DNA of 64,000 nt from an uncultured Pseudomonadota bacterium (GTDB taxonomy: Bacteria; Pseudomonadota; Alphaproteobacteria; Rs-D84): the NCBI GenBank assembly GCA_900321105.1, contig OOHL01000001.1, positions 121,617 to 185,616 of the forward strand, given 5' to 3'. Made by a program: the position numbers and the translations under genes. Below the pieces are notes generated by a model. That model was not told the origin of the DNA and made no database searches. It worked only from the letters and a program-made list of their open reading frames with translations. Positions 58,119 to 64,000 of this stretch are shown in pieces. The stretch's first letter is position 1. Every line of letters begins with the position of its first letter.

Positions 58119-59066
58119 ATGTTCCACAAATTTTGCGTATTTATGATGGCTGCTGGTCTGGTCGGCGTTGCTGGGGCTGCAACTGGTATTCCACAGGTTA
58201 TTACATCAGAGGTTTTTTATGATTCTGGTGAAAAAACAGAACAGTATGTTGCCGAAGAACAGGCCTTTGAACAAGAACAACCTGTTTATGAAGTCAGTGA
58301 ATATGACACTGTTGAAACTTTTGATGAAGTGCCTGTAACGCAAGATCAAGGTGTGCCAGTGTGGCCATTGGCTGGGTCAGAAGCAGATGTTGAAATAGCC
58401 TGTGGTGAATTGGGATGTGCAAATAATGAAGCCAAGGTTGTGTCCAAGGTTGGATCTGGTTTGGTTATCGAAAACAATATTGTCACAGACGGTGCGGGGT
58501 GGACTGGTGGCCCAAATATTATGAACGGAAATCAGATTCCTGCGGGTTTTGATTATGAATGTGCAAATGGTGCCGAAATGCCATTGATGCGTCGTGAAAT
58601 GATGGAAGATGATGGCGGCAGTGTTTTGGCAATGTCACGCAGTGGTCATAAGAATTGTAAAAAATCATCAGATTCTTATGCTGTGTTTGCACAACGTGCC
58701 GGATTTGCTGCAGAACCAACTTGCAACAAGACTGCCAATGCACAATCTTCTAACAAAGAAGTCAGTGTAAATGAATATGTTGATGAAGAAGCACCGAGTG
58801 CCGTTCAAGATCAAGTTCGTTCGTGGGTTGTCACAAATGGTCAAACTTTGCGCCAGGTTTTGCAATCTTGGTGTGATAAAGAAGGTTGGGATTTGGTTTG
58901 GACAACTTCGCGTGAATATCCAATTGAAGCAAGTGCTGTATTCAAGGGACGCTTTGTAGATGTGGCATCTGCATTGATACGTAATTTTGGACGTGCAACG
59001 CCAATTCCTTATGCTAAATTTTACAAAGGAAATCGTGTTGTAGTTGTTTCAACAACAGAAGAATAA
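58119..59066 (+). CDS. secreted protein with an acidic linker and a C-terminal TcpQ-like domain
   Basis: signal peptide; C-terminal W..GW.LVW......I......F.G.F.....L....P.....Y.GN.V pattern. Confidence 0.35.
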   Translation: MFHKFCVFMMAAGLVGVAGAATGIPQVITSEVFYDSGEKTEQYVAEEQAFEQEQPVYEVSEYDTVETFDEVPVTQDQGVPVWPLAGSEADVEIACGELGCANNEAKVVSKVGSGLVIENNIVTDGAGWTGGPNIMNGNQIPAGFDYECANGAEMPLMRREMMEDDGGSVLAMSRSGHKNCKKSSDSYAVFAQRAGFAAEPTCNKTANAQSSNKEVSVNEYVDEEAPSAVQDQVRSWVVTNGQTLRQVLQSWCDKEGWDLVWTTSREYPIEASAVFKGRFVDVASALIRNFGRATPIPYAKFYKGNRVVVVSTTEE

Positions 59067-59102
59067 TAAAAACCTTGGGACAAAATGGGACGGGGGACAA
59101 AT

Positions 59103-60701
59103 ATGAAAATTCGTTTTAATATCTGTTTAATAGGTTTGATGGTGGCATTGACAGGTTGCACACTGAAAGAATCTGCCAAGGTTTCTGAAAGTGTTGATAA
59201 TAATTTTGTTAATGCATACGAAGCCTTTGAAATGGCAAAAAATCCACGCGCCAAGGTTGCCAGTGGTGATACTGTTTCCATGTCCGAAGGTGTGTGGCTT
59301 GGAAATAAATCAACATTGTTAGAACACAAAAATAATTTGCCTTCTAAATTTGAAACAGATACAGGAATCACGATTTTATTAAATGAACCTGTCACATTAC
59401 AAGTATTGGCAAATGACATCAATTCAATCACGGGTATCCCTGTGAAAATTGACAGCCAGGTTGATGCCGAAAAATTAAGAAAGACAGTTGATGTTGCATA
59501 TACCGGAAAATTATCTGGATTGTTATCTCAAATCGCAACAGATTTAGATTTGCTTTGGTATTATGACAAAGATTCAATAGTTTTCTATGAAACGGAAACA
59601 CGCACATATACATTGTATGCATTGGGAACAGATGTGTCGTATCAATCATCTGTTCAAACAGATTCTGGAAACCAAGTATCTTTGGAATCTACATTGAAAG
59701 AATGGGATGAAGTAGAAGCAACCATAAATTCCATTATAAATAATTCCAAGAATGCACAATTTACCGTATCTCGCAGTTTGGGAACAATTACTGTGACGGC
59801 GACACCATCGATTTTGAATCGTGTTGGTGAATATATCGCAAAACAAAACAAACGTCTTTCACAATTGGTGACAATTGATGTAAAGGTTTTGCAAGTATCT
59901 TTATCTAATGAATCGGCGTTTGGTTTGAATTTGGCGGCGGCGATAAATTCTGCATCTGGATTGAACATCGTTGCGAATCCAAAGAATAATTTGGCATCAA
60001 CCGAAGCATCATCTATGAATGTTGCTGTGTTGTCAAATACTGTTGCGGATTCGGTGACTGGTTTAACAGGAACATATACCGAAGATCAAATTCGTAATGG
60101 TTCGTTATCGCGTATGGCGGGATCCAGTGCCTTGATAGAAGCCTTGGCAAAGCAGGGCAAGGTATCATTGGTCACAAACGTTGGTGTGACAACACGTAAT
60201 AACCGCGTTGCGCCTGTGACAAATACAAAATCAACCGGATATATTAAACGTTTTGAATCAAGAACATTTACAACCGTTGAATCCAGTACCGTTGACCAAG
60301 ACGATTTGGAAACAGGATTTTCAATGCAATTATTACCAAATGTTTTGGAAAATGGAAAAATATTGCTGTTGTTCAAAATGTCAGTTCGCGAATTGTTAAA
60401 GATGTCAACCCAAACAATTGGTGCGGTCACACTGCAATTACCAGAAGTTGAAGAACGTTCGTTTATGCAAGAAGTTATCATGGAATCTGGTCAAATGTTG
60501 GTTGTATCTGGATTTGAAAAACAAAAGAACGATGATACACGTTATGGTTTGGGTGATGCGGACTTTATGGCGTTGTCTGGTTCGCGTGAAACGGCGGCAT
60601 CGCGTGAAGTTTTGGTTGTTATCTTGACACCTCAGGTTTTGGTCAGCCCGATGGATGCAGAACGCAGCATTCAACAACATTGGGGTGCACCAATGAATTA
60701 A
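59103..60701 (+). CDS. lipoprotein secretin (TcpC/BfpB/PilN-like)
   Basis: lipobox ALTGC; C-terminal secretin signature VTNVGVTT...GLGDADFMALSGSRETAASREVLVVILTPQV. Confidence 0.6.
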   Translation: MKIRFNICLIGLMVALTGCTLKESAKVSESVDNNFVNAYEAFEMAKNPRAKVASGDTVSMSEGVWLGNKSTLLEHKNNLPSKFETDTGITILLNEPVTLQVLANDINSITGIPVKIDSQVDAEKLRKTVDVAYTGKLSGLLSQIATDLDLLWYYDKDSIVFYETETRTYTLYALGTDVSYQSSVQTDSGNQVSLESTLKEWDEVEATINSIINNSKNAQFTVSRSLGTITVTATPSILNRVGEYIAKQNKRLSQLVTIDVKVLQVSLSNESAFGLNLAAAINSASGLNIVANPKNNLASTEASSMNVAVLSNTVADSVTGLTGTYTEDQIRNGSLSRMAGSSALIEALAKQGKVSLVTNVGVTTRNNRVAPVTNTKSTGYIKRFESRTFTTVESSTVDQDDLETGFSMQLLPNVLENGKILLLFKMSVRELLKMSTQTIGAVTLQLPEVEERSFMQEVIMESGQMLVVSGFEKQKNDDTRYGLGDADFMALSGSRETAASREVLVVILTPQVLVSPMDAERSIQQHWGAPMN

Positions 60702-60717
60702 TATATATATAAGAATA

Positions 60718-60750
60718 AAAAAAACATCCGCATATGCGGATGTTTTTTTG
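60718..60750 (+). terminator. rho-independent terminator
   Basis: catccgcatatgcggatg palindromic hairpin followed by a T-run. Confidence 0.55.
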
Positions 60751-60804
60751 ATTATATACACAAAATATGATATAATATACGCATATTAAAGAGGGTGTAG
60801 TAAT

Positions 60805-61857
60805 ATGAAAAAACTGCCTTTGATGGTGTTTTGTTTGTTGCCTGGTATGGTTTGGGCAGATGCAGGCGCAGAAGTTGCATTAAATGATGCAATTGAAATT
60901 GTGCGAACACAATGCCGTGGCATATCCGCAAAAATGGAAGGTATCAAAAAAATGGCAGGCATAGGAACTGCTGTGAATGCTGTTGGTACTGTGGCTGGCG
61001 CTGGTGGTGTTGCGGCAGGGGTTGTTAAATATAACACTGATGTATCAATGGCAAAAACCATGGGCGAAAAAGCAGCAACTGATGAATTGTTACGCAAATT
61101 AAAAGAAAAAGAATTATCACCTGAAAATCAACTTGCATTGAAAAAAGACATTGTTTTATCACCCGATTTTGAAAAGAATCTGCAGGCGCTTGTTGATGAA
61201 CTAAATGCCGAAGAATCTGTGCAAGATAAACAAAAAACATTAACAGAACACAGTGCTGAATTACAAAACAAAATAAACGAACAACAGAAAAAATCTATAA
61301 CTGCAGGTAATGTAAGAACTGGTTTGTTTGCGGTTGATACGGTAAGTAATGTTACCGGGGCTGTTGTTTCTTCGAAAACAGTTGCTGATAAAGATTTCAT
61401 TGAACAAATTAAACTTTGTACCGAATCAATGGATGTGTTGCGTAATGCGCGCACACGTTTAAAGGTTGAAAATGGTGCAGATTCTGCACCGGCATCAATG
61501 GAACGCAGTCAAAAGATTTTGGATAAATGTAGCGAATATGAATATGTCAATGTTCAACAATTAAACAATTTGGGCAAGGGCGCAATGATTTCGAACTCAG
61601 TTGGTGCTGCAACCGGAACTGTTGCAACGATAACGAGCGCATTGGGTAACGACAAAAAATTATCCGAAATGGATTTCAAAACAGAAGATGGTATTAAACA
61701 AATAAATAAATATGAAAAAGTGAACGTGGCAAGTAATATTATTGGCGGTGTGACTGCGGCGGCATCTTTGTCTGGAACAGTATTAAATGCATCACAAATC
61801 AAAACCGCAAAACAAATATTAAATATCGCCCAAGAATGCGAGGAGGCCTTGCAATGA
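60805..61857 (+). CDS. secreted hypothetical protein (Gly/Ala/Val-rich N-terminal region)
   Basis: signal peptide MKKLPLMVFCLLPGMVWA. Confidence 0.4.
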   Translation: MKKLPLMVFCLLPGMVWADAGAEVALNDAIEIVRTQCRGISAKMEGIKKMAGIGTAVNAVGTVAGAGGVAAGVVKYNTDVSMAKTMGEKAATDELLRKLKEKELSPENQLALKKDIVLSPDFEKNLQALVDELNAEESVQDKQKTLTEHSAELQNKINEQQKKSITAGNVRTGLFAVDTVSNVTGAVVSSKTVADKDFIEQIKLCTESMDVLRNARTRLKVENGADSAPASMERSQKILDKCSEYEYVNVQQLNNLGKGAMISNSVGAATGTVATITSALGNDKKLSEMDFKTEDGIKQINKYEKVNVASNIIGGVTAAASLSGTVLNASQIKTAKQILNIAQECEEALQ

Positions 61858-62543
61858 TAAAACGTATATTAATTATATCTTTGTCATTGTTTATGCCAAT
61901 ATTCGTAAACGGTGAAACATTGGTTATCGGATCTGAAAATTCTTTAACGGAAAAAAATTTACCTTTTGTTTATGAAATAATGGAAGAAGTATATACAGAG
62001 AATCTTTATAATCGTGAGTGTTATACAAAAGGTAACCACAGTTTATATGAACCTTTTCTTGAAGGTGATGTAAGTATACCCTTTTCAGGGAAAGATTTAT
62101 TAAAGATTTGTCGTAAGTCAATCATAAGTTATTATAAAGACAGAAGCATAGATTATGTTACTGGTTTTGTTGATCTTACTGGTACGCAGATTTGTAAAGA
62201 AAAACTATGTGTGCATTTTGTTTTGAACTATGTTAAAGAAATATCACAAGTTGATTATATGGTTGATGCAAGCAAAAGGGATATTGCTTATAACTTCGAT
62301 AGCTTGAAATTAGCTGAACACAAATTTGTAGATGATTTTGATAATTGCGCAAAGAAGAATGGTGGGGTTGCAGCGTATATTAGTGAGCGTGTAATAGAAC
62401 AAGGTATAGAAAGTGTATCTTCAAAAGAATTATTAAAATATTGTAAAGATTTTTATTCGCAGTGGTCTTGGACTTGGTCTTGTAAAGATCATTGTTCGGA
62501 ATTTGTTGAAATGTATAAATCTGCTTTAAAACAAAAACAATAA
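61854..62543 (+). CDS. secreted hypothetical protein
   Basis: signal peptide MIKRILIISLSLFMPIFVNG; start overlaps the upstream gene stop. Confidence 0.4.
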   Translation: MIKRILIISLSLFMPIFVNGETLVIGSENSLTEKNLPFVYEIMEEVYTENLYNRECYTKGNHSLYEPFLEGDVSIPFSGKDLLKICRKSIISYYKDRSIDYVTGFVDLTGTQICKEKLCVHFVLNYVKEISQVDYMVDASKRDIAYNFDSLKLAEHKFVDDFDNCAKKNGGVAAYISERVIEQGIESVSSKELLKYCKDFYSQWSWTWSCKDHCSEFVEMYKSALKQKQ

Positions 62544-62545
62544 AA

Positions 62546-62575
62546 ACACCGCCCGATTGGGCGGTTGTTTTTTTG
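62546..62575. terminator. bidirectional rho-independent terminator
   Basis: accgccc-gatt-gggcggt hairpin followed by a T-run. Confidence 0.55.
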
Positions 62576-62585
62576 AGAAATTTTA

Positions 62586-62846
62586 TCAAGCAATCTTAGC
62601 AACTTTCTTTGTTAAACGAGAAACCTTGCGCGATGCTGCTTTCTTTGGCATTGTTTTACCAGCTGCTTTCATGATTTTGCTTTCTGCATTGCGAACTGCG
62701 GCAACTGCAGCGGCTTTATCGCCAGATTCAATTGCTTTCAATGCTTTCTTGGTTTCTGTTTTAACAGCGCTGCGACGTGCAGTGTTAATTGCATTCTTTT
62801 TTGCTGTCACTAAAATTCTTTTTTTACATGATTTATGATTAGCCAC
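62586..62846 (-). CDS. rpsT: 30S ribosomal protein S20
   Basis: MANHKSCKKRILVTAKKNAIN.. basic helical protein. Confidence 0.85.
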   Translation of the reverse strand: MANHKSCKKRILVTAKKNAINTARRSAVKTETKKALKAIESGDKAAAVAAVRNAESKIMKAAGKTMPKKAASRKVSRLTKKVAKIA

Positions 62847-62920
62847 TTTATTTTCCTTTTATTTTATATGGTTTTCTGTTATTTTATAGAAAAGAAACAC
62901 AAAATCAAGGGAAAATAACA

Positions 62921-63508
62921 ATGTCATACATTTTTTCTTTAATAATTTCTTATTTCTTGGGATCAATCCCATTCGGTTTAATTGTTGCGCGCATCTTTAA
63001 CAAGGGTGATTTACGCAAGGTGGGTTCTGGCAATATCGGCGCAACCAATGTTATGCGTGTCGGTGGATTAAGGTTGGCGGGACTAACATGGATTCTTGAC
63101 ATGGCCAAGGCGATAATTGCCGTTCTGATAGGTCGTTATGTCGGCGGTGAAAGTTTTGCGGCATGGTGTGGGTTTGTTGCGATAGTTGGACATTGTTTCC
63201 CTGTTTGGTTGAAATTCCATGGCGGCAAGGGTATATCTTCACTTTTTGGAATATTGTTGGCTGTAAATCCATTGTTGTTTGTAATCGAAGGTATTGAATG
63301 GTTAATCGTTGCATTGGGATTTGGTTATTCATCAGCCGGTGCATTGGTTGTGTTCACTTTGATGCCAATTTTTGGTTTCGTTATTGAGCCCGGTGTTGGA
63401 CTTGCGTTTTTAGCCATCGCGATACTTTGTTTTGTTCGTCATCGTGAAAATATATTACGTCTTTTTGCTGGCAAAGAATCTAAAATAGAATGGAAGTGGA
63501 AAAAATAA
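62921..63508 (+). CDS. plsY: glycerol-3-phosphate acyltransferase PlsY
   Basis: GSIPFGLI and SGNIGATNVMR motifs. Confidence 0.85.
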   Translation: MSYIFSLIISYFLGSIPFGLIVARIFNKGDLRKVGSGNIGATNVMRVGGLRLAGLTWILDMAKAIIAVLIGRYVGGESFAAWCGFVAIVGHCFPVWLKFHGGKGISSLFGILLAVNPLLFVIEGIEWLIVALGFGYSSAGALVVFTLMPIFGFVIEPGVGLAFLAIAILCFVRHRENILRLFAGKESKIEWKWKK

Positions 63509-63583
63509 CCGCTAGGTATTCTATTTGTATTTGTTTTTTTGTCGTTTTTATGATATAATAGTTGGCATAGAAAGGAAGATTTT

Positions 63584-64000
63584 ATGAAACGTTTCGTATC
63601 GATTTTTGTTTTGTCGTTGGTTTCTTTTGGTGCTTTTGCTGCAAATAATAGTCGCCCGGCTATGTCAAATAAAATTATGTCTGCACCACGTTATACAGCA
63701 TCTATAAACCAGTTAAATGGTACAGGGGCCGTAGTAAAAACAACCACTACAACAACTGTTGAAGAAGAACCAAAGGTTGATATGCGTGAAGAAGAACGTA
63801 ATGCGTGTATAAATAATAATATAGGTATAGGAAATACTTTTGTTTGGGCATCTCGTTACAGTGATACTTCTAATTATGCAACTATGATTGAAGATACGGA
63901 AAAACCTGAAAACAACGTTTGTTTCGTTCGTGTTGAATTAAAATCTGATGATACATCAAGAGTTTCTGTTTCTGATATTCCTGCAAAATACTTTATGTGG
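63584..64000 (+). CDS. secreted hypothetical protein, 3'-truncated by the window end
   Basis: AAGGAAG RBS; signal peptide MKRFVSIFVLSLVSFGAFA; Thr-rich linker. Confidence 0.35.
   Translation, partial: MKRFVSIFVLSLVSFGAFAANNSRPAMSNKIMSAPRYTASINQLNGTGAVVKTTTTTTVEEEPKVDMREEERNACINNNIGIGNTFVWASRYSDTSNYATMIEDTEKPENNVCFVRVELKSDDTSRVSVSDIPAKYFMW

Overview
The window is AT-rich, gene-dense bacterial chromosome with a small, host-associated or reduced-genome look; the gene content (RpoH, Omp25-like barrels, cysteine-free DksA, Tat, GatCAB, Suf) tentatively suggests an alphaproteobacterium. Most of it is housekeeping: ybeY-lnt, trmB, gltX, der, rpoH, yfgM-like/bamB-like, lpoB, rsmE, a pseudouridine synthase, thrS, tatA/B/C, dksA, trxA, sufS-sufT-sufE, ftsL/ftsI, recJ, nrnA-like, lolA, nlpD-like, tatD, tcdA, miaB, gatCAB, ruvX, sufBC, rpsT and plsY, plus tRNA-Lys(CUU) and tRNA-Phe(GAA). 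Three accessory regions stand out. (1) A complete diversity-generating retroelement (DGR) at about 11.3-16.0 kb. It contains a DGR-type reverse transcriptase (IGNLTSQ and YCDD motifs), a small non-Avd-like accessory ORF, and a 130-bp template repeat (TR). The matching variable repeat (VR) sits at the 3' end of a small secreted Cys-rich target gene; 13 of its 14 mismatches to the TR fall on TR adenines. The module also carries tandem paralogous Cys-rich genes (one frameshifted), a family of composite hairpin repeats, and a GC-rich stem-loop just downstream of the VR. (2) A putative surface-lipoprotein/Slam translocon island directly downstream of tRNA-Lys (40.3-44.5 kb), marked by a duplicated 3' fragment of the tRNA. 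(3) A cluster encoding a TcpQ-like protein, a lipoprotein secretin and two secreted proteins (58.1-62.5 kb), together with an orphan VirD4-type coupling protein at 21.2-23.5 kb. A GC-rich, highly structured noncoding segment at 11.34-11.53 kb is a candidate small RNA of unknown class.
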